Source: Phoronis australis (taxonomy: Eukaryota; Animalia; Phoronida). From it: a stretch of 64,000 nt of DNA. Positions within the stretch are counted from its first letter, which is position 1. The number at the start of each line of letters is the position of its first letter. Location: assembly GCA_002633005.1 (NCBI GenBank), contig NMRA01000761.1:88130-152129 (forward strand), read 5' to 3'. The notes beneath the pieces were generated by a model. It worked only from the letters and a program-made list of their open reading frames with translations, had not been told where the DNA came from and searched no databases. Of this stretch, positions 28,001 to 40,000 are shown one piece after another. The translations under genes and the position numbers were made by a program.

Positions 28001-31000
28001 TAGGTAGTAAATGAATTCTCTGTGTTGCGTTTCACGTTGATTATACACTGCGGTATTGCTATATGAAAGGGCAATCCTTCCACTAACATCAGTTGTTGAC
28101 GTGATGATATTGATAGTTTCAATAATTCATGTTTAAGTAACTCAGGAGAAAGTTATCATTATCACCAATCACTGTTGAGATGGAGGATCGTCATGTTTTC
28201 AGTTAGTGTGAACTGTATCCCTGTTTTGTCGCAGGTAGATGTTTTGTGTGGTTGCCTTGTTGCTTATAGTTTATTTTGCGAGTTCTTCCAGTACAATGCA
28301 GATTCACTCTCTACAATGGCACTGTTGAGCTCCAATGTTGTGACGTTCTTTGCTCGTTTCTGCCGTGCAGGTCGCCTGCGACGGAAAAGCATGGAGAACC
28401 TGGAACTTATGAAGATGACTCCTGACAAGGTAGGCAGTCCATTAGGGGATTAGTTAGGCAACTCCTCCTGACAAGATAGGCAGACCCTTCAGTGATAACA
28501 TAAGCCACTCCTCCAGACAAGATAGGCAGTTCTTCCAGTGATAACATAGGCCACTCCTGACAAGAGAGGCAGTTCTTCTAGTGATAACATTGGCCACTCC
28601 TCCTGACAACGGACGCAATTCTTCCAGACATAGGCCACTCCTCGTGACAACATAGGCAGTTCCTCCGGTCATAACATATGCCACTCCTCCTGACAAAGTT
28701 GACACTTCCTCCAGTGATAACATAGACCACTCCTCCTGATAAAGTAGGCAGTTCCTCCAGTGATGACATAGACCACTCCTCCTGATAAAGTAGGCAGTTC
28801 CTCCAGTGATGACCTAGGCCACTCCTCCTGATAAAGTAGGCAGTTCCTCCAGTGATGACATAGGCCACTCCTGATAAAGTAGGCAGTTCCTCCAGTGATG
28901 ACATAGACCACCCCTGATAAAGTAGGCAGTTCCTCCAGTGATAACATAGACCACTCCATATAAAGAAGGCAGTTCCTCCAGTGATAACATAGACCACTCC
29001 TCCTGATAAAGTAGGCAGTTCCTCCAGTGATAACATAGACCACTCCTCCTGATAAAGTAGGCAGTTCCTCCAGTGATAACATAGACCACTCCTCCTGATA
29101 AAGTAGGCAGTTCCTCCAGTGATAACATAGACCACTCCTCCTCACAAGGTAGTCCTCTCCTGAAAAACACGGGTCACTCTTGCCACACCACCTGATAAAA
29201 GCAATCACTATTTGTGGTCAAGAAAGAACTCCTTTCCATAACATGTCACTCTTCCTGAATGCTGTTATCTCCTGATGATCAGCCACTCCCGTTACCTTGC
29301 CATGCAAGCCAAAACTATCTGACATAAGGGTATCCGTCGTGATGCCTGTGTCCGTGTGTAATTGACTCAGAGGAGCTGCTCGTCATCGTGGTAAGGTTGG
29401 GTACTCCTTTTGTCAGTTTGGTTTCATCTCCTTATACCATTGGTTGCCTAAGGTGATGAGTTAGGACACTCCTTTTGGTGTCATTAGCCACTCCTCCAGA
29501 TATGATTGGCCACTCGCTATTGTCTTGTCACTCCACATGCAGATGGATGAGTTTTGTTTTGCAATCAAACTGTTGGCATATACTTTGATTTCCTAGTTGT
29601 GAATAGGCCCCTTCTGACAAAGTGAACTTGTTTGCCGAATTTGTGGACACTAGTCTCTTCATAGTACTGGATTTACATTTGCTTTGTTTCATTTCTATTC
29701 ATTTTATTCCTGCTTTTTTAAATTTTGTTTTTTGTGTCAAATTGAAAAATCATGCATGTAATGTATCTCGATTTAAAGTCACTTTCCGTACTCAAATTAG
29801 CGGGCTCGAATAAGAGAATTCGACACCTTGTACCTAGGAAAGCACAATGGGTGAACCAATGAAAACAATGCCTACCAATAATTATCTGAAAAAAATTAAC
29901 CTGGAATTCCCTCTCTTGACTTTTGAATGCAAGTGGAATTCTTCGCCATGACGATCAATTACAAAAAGAATTGAATGCCAGAGATGAAATGATCCGTCAT
30001 AACAAGAAGCAGTGTTTTATGTCTATTTGCTTTTGGCTTAAACTGTGGGTTGCCTCAGCTCCACCTATGGGCAGTTTAGGACTCACACTTTGCCCAGCAG
30101 TGGTTTCATCGCCTGATATGCATCACTGCACGTGTGCATCCTTGGCAACATGATTTCCCTCTTGAGAAAGGGTTATATTGTTATCACTACCATGTGTTAC
30201 TGTTGACTTAGGTCACTGGACATTTGACAGATATTTCATGTTTTGATTATGTTGATGTTGTCAATCCAAAACAAATAGGGGTACTGTAGGCTGTTTATTT
30301 TTGTTTGGGGATCATGGTCTCAGCTTTTCTCTGTTCAACTGTGGTACTTATAAAAAATTCATGGAACGTTCAGCTTGCATATATGATGTATGGTGGGTTA
30401 AGATAAATCAGTCTCATGCCTGAACTGTAGTTTTTGGGTCAAGATAGCTGTCGTTGGCATGTCATGGTTCTCCATATATACTCCTTCTGGTTGTGAGAGT
30501 GTGTAACAGCAGGATTGATTGCTGATGGAAACAGATTGGGATGATTTTAAACACAGTAAAAGTCGTCCATGTGGTCCTATGGCAGATAGCTTGTGTGAGG
30601 TAAGCAAGTTTATCTCCAACAGTACACCCAGTGTCCATGTATCACACAGTGTTCTCCACAAGAGGGTGTTGTGACATTGTAAACAATAACAAGCTTAATT
30701 GAAAAATGACAAAAGGTCAATTTTGGCTATTATTTTTGTCGGAAAGTGGTGAGATTTTAAAGGTAAACCTGGAAGACGTGTCGCAGAGGCTAGACAAGTT
30801 TTATTTTATCTTTTTTTTCCGTGAAAGGTGTGTGGCACCGAAATAATTGGTTTGCCATGTTCAAGTCTTGTACCATTGCTGCCATCGGATATTATTTTCA
30901 AATTTATGGGTTTTCACAACAATGTTAGAAGCCCTTGAGAAATGAAAAAAGAAATTGTTTTTTGTCCGAAATTTGTGATATTTTGTTGTACTGTGGTCAT

Positions 31001-34000
31001 TGTATAAATTGAGTCTCATGTTGTTGCTTATTCAAATATTGACAGCTACGTGTCACTAAGCAACCGAATACAGGCGTGTGCAACGTAATGGCTAAAGTTT
31101 AGGTGATTGGTCCTCTACTTAAATTTAAATGCCTGAAGTGGTGTATATTGTTAGTGCGGGTTTGCGTTAGATGCTGCCCATGAACGTTGTTAGATGCTTC
31201 CCATGAACGTTGTTAGTTTGACAATGAGTTGAACTGCTTCAATCTAATCCGCCTAGCTGGTTAACTCTGTTATGATCTGCTGAGTCTCCAAGCTCTTGTG
31301 GCAAGCTAGCACTCAAATGAAGTTGCTAATGGAATAAGGGTGTGCGGCAGATGCAAAAATCAACCGACTGTAACAGCGGACATCAAAGTGCTCTTGACAG
31401 ATTTGCTGTGCTCTGACGATTGGCAAAATTTATTCCAGAATTATTTAGTAATGGGGAGGAATTTTGATCGCTACATATTTGCGCCATTTGTGAACAGTGA
31501 TCGTCAAAGATTAGTTGTACATATTGTGCAAAATCACAAAATTATAACTTAAAGGAAAGTGATAGACCGCCTTTAAAATGAGAATTTGACAATGTTAATG
31601 ATTTCTTGTGTGCAAAATATAGGGATACCCGCTTTGTTTTGTTTTTTGCCGTGAAAATTTTAGCATTCAGGGCTGTTGTGCTCTTTGGCATGATGCAGTT
31701 TCGAGCTCTCGTGGCATCTTTTTTTTTAACTGATTGCTTTTGTTAGAGTCTGGTTTACGTTTAGTCCTGGCTAGTTTCTAGGGAATTGCGGTAACTTGAT
31801 ATTGACCCTCTAGTGTAGGAAATGCGTCAATGAATAATTAGGTGTCTTAGCCGAGGCCCCAATCAAAACACGCTGCCTCTGTTATCGCTGGGTAATTAGT
31901 AGAACATGTAGCTAGCCACTATTTGACTGAGGAAGTGAGCATTGGTAGAGTCATTTGGCATCATCCGCATTTCAACGCTTAGTCTCGAGACATTGAGGTA
32001 CTGTCATCGTTCTGGGTATTACTGCCTGAGTGTCATTCATTGCCAAGTCATTGGCTGCATTAGACAGACGTCGATTGACAACGGTAACGAATGTAATTTA
32101 GTATATGTTGTGTGCAGCTAGTGTGGTTCACTGATTTTTGATGGCTCAAGCAACAAAAAAATTCAGTGGATGACTGTGTATTGGTTGGCTAATTGCATTC
32201 CATGGTCAGTTTTAAATCTGATATATTTGGGTGATATATTTGGGTGATATATTTGGGGAGAGTGGTCTTGTGACTTGGTGGTGACTGGCGTGCAGATATT
32301 CCTGCCTGCGCATCAGTGTGCCTACCTCGGTTTGGACATTTGTTTTAGATTTAATGTCTAAAGATAAGTTGTAAACGTATAGTGAATTGTGCTCTTGTTT
32401 TATTTGATATCTCGTTATCTAGTGTGTGTCCCGAACTAATGCATCGGTTAATCTCTTTTGTTGGTGTTGCGGCAAACTGCAAATATGGCATTTCTCAATA
32501 GGTGGAGCAGTGTACATATTACTGATGCAATTCTCTATATCAACCAATCGGAATGCTTGAATATTTTTTCCAACAAGTAGGCCTACGAAATCGATGTTCT
32601 TTTGATGCTGTTGAAGCCAGGTCACCTGGCACTTTCACTGCACCATCTCTCATAACACTCCTGGGAAACGATGTACTTTATGTTTTGTATTTTAAACTTA
32701 TGTTACCCTGAAAGTCATCAAGGAAGTTTGTAACCTTAAACTGATTCGAAATTTTTTCATAATTAGATTAATGTGTCTGACTAGCTACTTGATGCAATGG
32801 CTCTGTGCTTTCTTGTACACTGTCAATCAAAAATCATTATGTCCAAACAAAAGGTATGTGATTGTCAAAGTAAGTCTGAGCGAGTTCTAATGTTGTGTAT
32901 AGCGCGATCAGGTGAACCAACTTTCTATAAATGTAACTATTTCTGGAAAATCCGAGTCTGCATTGCAGAAACACTAGGTGCCGGTACCAAAAACTCGAGG
33001 TGTTATTAAAATATCTCACCGATTCCGGGCAAAAGTATTTGCCCAATATTCAGTAGAACTTCATCCTTTTTTTAAAGCTTTAATAAATGTGCAAATGCCC
33101 TGAACACCATGATGGTAGTGCGTACAGTCCATGCCAAATGTATGAAATAACCCAAATTGCCTATCTTGATGTCTGGGCGAACGCTGAACTCATCACCGGA
33201 GTAGGCTAATCCCTCATCTCAATCTTTGCTGGAATTAAGTAAGGTGGCTATGTCACTCCGTAATCAAGCTTTTGCCGCCACGATAATTATTACTTGTCAT
33301 TTTCGCTGTTACACAATGAACTGTCTCGACGGTAAAACAGGTAGATTATCTGATTATTGTTGTCACGTAATGGTACAGTAGTCAGTACTGTGAAAAGTAT
33401 ATAAATATGTCGATCTTAAATTGGTGTGGAAATATAAATCATAAACATTTTTAGGTCTGCTCTACACGCCACCTGTTGGCCACAACACGTGATCTAATGA
33501 ACGTAAGTCTGAAAAGATTTCTGCCCCCGACCGGGACTTGGACCTTCTGTTAACTGTACAGTCTGCTTTAGCCCATGGCCATGTGATGTGGCCAACAGGT
33601 GGCGTGCAGACCAGACTAAATGTGATATAACTGTGAAAAGCATGGTACAGAACTTAGGCTATGTGGAGCCTTATTTACACGTCTTTGTATTTTTCCAGTT
33701 ATCAATAAAACTGTAGTTTCAAACTCTGTTAGTGAAATTCTATATTTTCTGAATATAGACAGCTTGCAGGGTTTTATTTTAGACTCTTATCAGCCTGCCA
33801 TTATCTGGGTCATGTCACCGTGCTGTTAATGGGTAAAATTAAGCAAAAAACAAAGGTACATTCACTGACAGTAAAACAACAGTATTAATAATTTAACCAA
33901 ATTTCTTTTGATTTAATGTTTAAGATGAAATTTCAGACAATTATGCAGTTTTCTAAATTGTCATGTTTTTTCGTTTAATTCAACTCCTGTTTTTTCATGA

Positions 34001-37000
34001 AAATATAAAAGTGCTATAGGCTCTCATGCGAAGGTGTAACGTTTTAGATGCAATTTCAAACGGCATTTTGGAGAACAGTTTATAAAGCACCTGAAAGTTT
34101 CGTATAAATCCAGTCAGCCATTTCTCTGAGATACTGTTCTGAAGTTGGCCAAATTTGAACATTTTTTCTAGCCAGGTTCTGCAGAACCTTGAATATTAAG
34201 CTAAAGCACTAATTTTGTGCTACCGGTACTTAGATTTAGCCAAAAATTGAAAACATGAAATTTGAGTTTTCCGCCATCTTATGGCGTACCGTAATTTGTG
34301 AGATTTCTCCGGTGAAATTCAGTGTTTACCTGACTGACCTAATTCAAATTTTCAGCGGAACGAAGGACTCCATTCCTTGTCTGGCTTTAACATACTATCG
34401 ATTTTTGTTTAAGTAAGACACAGCAACTGCCTTGTCTTGTTGGCTCTTAGCTAGTATTTTAATTTAATTTCACTTTGCTTTCAAAAGTGGCTCAGCTGAT
34501 TATGTACTTTAATATGGACTTGGTGACCTGTTTCTGTGTTTGCATGTCAACTACAGTGGAAAAAAAAATGTTTTTTTTTATCACAGCCAGTCTTGTATCA
34601 GATTCTCTGCGGGTGATCATGCATTATGTTGCACGATAGTTTTAGAAAAATGATGAAATTTCTTCTTGTCAAAAATTAGAAATTTCGGAGCTCTTAAAAA
34701 TTCCCAACTTATTTTCTAATGGTTTGTTGTAATTTTTGATAAGGTTTCATGCGGTTTTCTCGATTACTTTGAAGGAGTCAGATAATTTTATGGAAACTTT
34801 TTGAAAACTATTTCGATATCCCAATTTCGGACAAACTTAATTGCCAAAATTGCCCAACCTCATGTACACTTTTCAATGGCTTCTTACCTTGCTCATGCGG
34901 CATAATTTTTGAAACTTTGTCATACGTTTGCTGCGGTGGAAAATTGAATGTGGAAAAGCAAGTCATTTTGTTGCTACAAATGTGTTGTGCATATATCAGC
35001 CTTATTTTGTCCTAAATTGATCTTGCCATACTCATAAGTCTGTTCCCTGTGCCATATTCATGTTTCGTTGTCGTAATTTTACTCCTGGGACCCATTTTTG
35101 TCGAAGGCCGTATGTTCAGTCTCAGCTTTGACACCGCATCTTGGTCCAGAATCATATCTCCAAATACTTGACTCCAAAGTCAGACTCGACTGCAAGTTTA
35201 CTTGAAGTGCAACACACGATTCGACAATTTCCAAGTTGAGTACAGAAATTAGACCTTGCAGGTCCCCGGTCCTAAAGTTTTATGCAAATGCACTAAGTTG
35301 ATTTACGTGAAGACATTAGTTTTGTGTCATTCCAGTCTATAGTTACAGGTCTTGCATTATGGGCAATTGCAACATTTAATTTGTGTAAAACTCACAATGC
35401 GGTGTTAGAAGTCACTTGCCCCTAATTGTCTTCACTATGACAGATTAATTGTCCATACAATGAACAAAGACATCACTCATTTCTCTGTTTCTACAGCAGG
35501 TCTCATGGCATTCTGGAACTAAAATGAAGCTACTTGTCTATGATGATGTATCAAATGGAGCATTGTCTACGTTTCTGTGGGAATGATTTTAGTTTTAGGC
35601 ATATACCAACATTTAAAAAAACTCGAAAATTTTAAATAAATTAAGTAAATATAGCACTTAAGTGTGTGCCTGAGTGCAGTGGTTTTCAAAGGTCATTAAG
35701 GTTTGTTGCAGTTGCAGCTCAAATCGGTAATCCCGAATCAAATAAGCGATAAATAATTTTAAAAACCAGCTAATGTTTTTATTTTAGGTCTCTTCGTGTC
35801 TTGTCTTTTTTGAAAGAATCTTCGCTGTCATATAGGTCTTGGGGGGATAAATGCTCCACAAATGGTCTTTCAATTTTACTTACAGCTGTAAACCCATGAA
35901 CTGTCATCACAGACAATTGACCTTTTAAATCTGACTGGTGCTTATTGCTGGATATCCCCATTACCATTAACATTTTATTTGACCTCTGTACAACTGTACA
36001 AACAAGCCTTTAGGATCCTGGCTAATGAGGAATGTTTTATAACCTCCTGTTGGATTTAAATGACCACATCCAAAATAGAACTGGCATTCTTAAATGTCAC
36101 TGTGTTTTGTTCTCATTGTAAATATTCTGAGAATAGTGTATTTCCGTCATCAGTCTCAGGTGTGCAGAAAGTTTTCTCCTGCTGTGATGGTTAACACAGA
36201 GTTCTCCTCCACCTTGGAAGATCCTGGAGATTTGGAGATAATTATGGGTTGTTCATCCTAACCTGTTTAAATATTCATTATGTTACCAATGGCCAAGTCA
36301 ACAATTGGCTTGGTCTAATGATTCTAGCCGTTATCTGGTCGTATGGCTTCCATGACTTAGGCAGCTTCAATTGACAGGGAACAGTGTTTTTTTATTGATA
36401 GGTCTATCAACATTCTGATGGAGGTTACTACTACAATTTTCGCAAAAATTAACTGAATTCCTCTCCTGAAGTGTAACAGAATTGGGAATCACTTATGGTT
36501 TATCTGCTTTTGTTTTTATTTTTTATTTTCCGTCGTCCATGTTGATCACTAACGACGTGTTTTCGTTCATCATAAATCGTTGGTACTATTTGTCATTGCT
36601 GTGAATACTACGACGTAGGTGCAGATTTTTTGCCGCCACGTAGAACGGATTTAGTCCTAGATCTGTACACAGGGGTCTCTTCATGTTACACCAACTTGCC
36701 CACTCCTTTGTGCCAGTCTAATCGGTTGTCCCTCTGCTACATTTTCAGGCACACTAAAAAATTACGTGCAGTACTTTAAAGTGTGCTTAACTCTCATTGA
36801 CCTTTGACTCTTTATTGCCAATTACTAACCCATGACCTTTGATTGGCAGGTTGCTCAACAATCCCGGCGACCAGCACGCTTGCAGAAGTCGGTGACAGTA
36901 GCCGTTGATGAGAATATTGGCGCCCGCTTGCCCCACGCCCAGAACAAGGTAGGTAGGTCCAGAGCAAAGCACTGGTATCTAGTTGCTTTCCTCTCGTCTC

Positions 37001-40000
37001 TTCACACTAGCAGTAATGCATTTCGTATTTTCGACCTTAAAGGCGAAGGCAACCTTTTTCCATGCCATTTTGAGCTAAAATAAGGTTGGTTGGTTATCCT
37101 AGACATATTTTTCACTTAATTACAGCTTTTCGTAATTTTATTAATTATTCGTCCGCTTTTCCGGAAGTGACGTTTTAGGAGGCAAGCGCTTCCCGCCAAT
37201 TTCTTTTCACATAGTCTGACTGTGAGAGCTGCCGAGTCAGTCATTGTTCTACCTCGGTTGTGTTAAGTTCCGTCGTCGTTCGCTTTCATTTACTAGTCAG
37301 TCAACATGCCACACTGTTGCTGCGTACCGGGATGTAGTAATTATCGGCTCACGCGCGCTTTGGGAGTGCCTTTGCATCGCTTTCCGATGGATGACGCACT
37401 TCGCCGTACTTGGCTCATTCGTGTGAAGAACNCTAGGAGGCCGTTTCATCAAAAGTCGTATGTCCTGTCATAGCTAAGACTGTCGTACCACAATTTTTAT
37501 CGGCACGCTTTTTTTAACACTGGTTTATGGGAATGTTTGTTGTGTGTGGGGGTGTTACACTCTGCAGTACTGTTGTGTTCTTGTTTACAAATGCGCTGTT
37601 TGGTTTGTGTCTAGACCACAACTTCGTCTTTTCTAACACGCATCCACGACTGTCTCTGCAACGAACCATCTTTGACGAAGTGATTCGCTGATGTCTTAAT
37701 GCCTGCAGTCTGTTGACCTATGACTTGTCCAATTAGTAGCGCAAACACTCTGACCCTGGCCACAGTCCAGTTTCCTCGTTTTTTTGTTGTGTTTGCTCAG
37801 TATATTGGATTTCAGAAACATGACAGTGTAAATTACTACAATAATCACCTCCCTAATGTTGAATGCAAAGCCAATGTCAGGGGAATAATAATCGGCTGTG
37901 AAGTAAGTCTGTATAATGATGGCTGATATGTATTATTCACTGAAATCAACACCAACACCGACGTTGAATGTCCTTGATAGCACTGACACACTAAAACTCC
38001 CCTCGGACTGTTCAAACTCGTACATAAAATTGATGCAGTGGACAACGGTCAGTTGCATTAGCGGGCAATTTGAGCTAAAAAAGCTAAAAGCATGCGTTGA
38101 TTGCGACACGGTCCATCAATTTTCAAATTATGACGTGCATTTCCAGCATTCATTTAGTTCCCATTCGGTTTCAATATGTTGTTCAGAATTCTGAGATCTT
38201 AGTGGGAACTACATTGGTGTGCCAGTGCCCCATAATGTCCTACGTTTAGGGTAGATTCTTGTTCTGTTTCTTTTTTTGCGAGAAGTACGTGGGCATCGAT
38301 CGGTTTTACTAACTCTTTTATGGATTATTTTATTTTGAAAGCAGTCCACGATAGTTCCAGGCATAATCAATATTCTTAATCAGTCACTTCTAGTAGTTTC
38401 AGTTGTTTCAAAATGTGCGCGCGACTCTTTCAGAAAATAATGTTCAATTTTTGTCCCAAGTAAGAAATTTAACATCATTTTGGACTAACAGTTTTCTGAT
38501 AATTTTGAGTTTAAAAGTGTTATTTTCTGTCCGGTTTACTGTTAGCTGTTATTTTAAAACAACTCACAAATTCACAAAATTTGACACATATTTGAAAACT
38601 ACCTGTATCCCGGGAAACCACTCTTGAGTTAGTCTCATTGGTGAAGCACATGCTGTTTTCAAGGTTAATTATTTATTGCGGTTGACTGAGTTCAATCATT
38701 GTCTGCAAATACAGCTGTCGTTTGACATAAACAGCTATTGGAGGAAAAAACGTTACGGTTCGCTGTACTTCTTTAATGTCTCGGAAATAACGGGCAGTCA
38801 GACTCGGAAACGCTCCGATTAGAACGTATTAATTATGCATTCTTTTTAAAGTGTTATGCGTTTTCACGTGTCATGTAAAGCAATCAACATGAAAATGCCA
38901 TTTCGGATTTTGAGGTCATCCGTCCTAGCTTTTTGATGTTTTGCTTGTAAACAGAAAACAAACTGATGGGTTATATAATGAGTTTTGTGTGTATTTTCTA
39001 AAAGATTTAGTGTTGTGGTTCTGTGTTGCCATTGTTACCATGGTGTTCATTTTTGTTGCCTAGGTGATATCCCCTGAAGGGGAGGAGGAAAACTTCTTTG
39101 ACTTGCTCACCAAATTCCAGGGACGTCGTCTTGACGACCAGAGATCATCATTTCGGTTGATTGAAAACCGACCCGTGGCAACTGCAGCACCACCTAGTGG
39201 TGCTAGCAATCATACCAACCACAGTGAGTAACCATGTAAATTGTACACAATACAATACTTCTGGTGTCTTGCTCCGATATGTAATTGATTTTGTTTGGCC
39301 TTTTTCTATAGAGGACACTAAAGACAAAGTTCTTTATTTTTAACATCCAGAAACATACACAGGCGATTGGACCTTCTATTTCTCATATATGAAGCACTGC
39401 ATTTTGTTGTCAACAGTCTGAGAATAAAGTCTTTGAATTTGGCATCATGGTGTGTAACAGCTGCATAAATGATGATATGGTGTTGATCGTAAATCCAGAA
39501 TTTTGGACAGTCCACATTGCCTGAAAGTTTCTAAAAGTTGGAACAAATCCTAGAACAAAATATAATCAATTTTCCTTTGTTCGTAACTGAAGAACTTCTA
39601 CGGCGATAATTATTCTTTAAGTGGATATTGGAGATGCTATCCATGTAAGCTAGATTAAGGAGATGTCGCACTGACCTCATTTTGATCTCGCCCACTTTAT
39701 TTTTAGTCACGTTAGCGCCAGAGGAAGTATTTACTCGAGGTCAGCTGTGTTTATTAAAGACAAATTGTGTTGTTATACAAATAGGTACTCTTCTACTGTA
39801 ACAATGATTGATGGCGCTGTTATTGTTCAAATCAGTTGGATAGAGATAAAGTGTACTGTGTAATGTGCAACGATCGGTCGTTAGACGGATGACAATTCAG
39901 GTGAAATAAGTCACGTAGGTGATAACTATCTGCCTTCGCTTCTAAGGATTAAGTTGGTCAAATGCCCAGTATTCGGACAAGCTTGGCTGGAGCCCTTCTT

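Noticed and set aside
28454-29208. Repetitive minus-strand ORFs (EEWSMLSLEELPTLSGGVVYVITGG...) and a CRISPR-like look
   Set aside because: They are three-frame translations of a 46-bp tandem repeat; there are no unique spacers and no cas genes, and the context is a eukaryotic intron.
31166-32258. Short tandem duplications (23 bp x2 at about 31166; GATATATTTGGGT x3 at about 32220)
   Set aside because: Ordinary slippage repeats with no further structure.
36749-36840. Strong-looking acceptor attttcag at 36748
   Set aside because: All three frames hit stops before the donor at 36949; the acceptor at 36849 gives the open in-phase exon.
37560-37720. Minus-strand stretch reading NHFVKDGSLQRQSWMRVRKDE...RICK, faintly THAP-like
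   Set aside because: Contains a stop and lacks the key Cys/Pro/Trp spacing; cannot be supported without a profile search.
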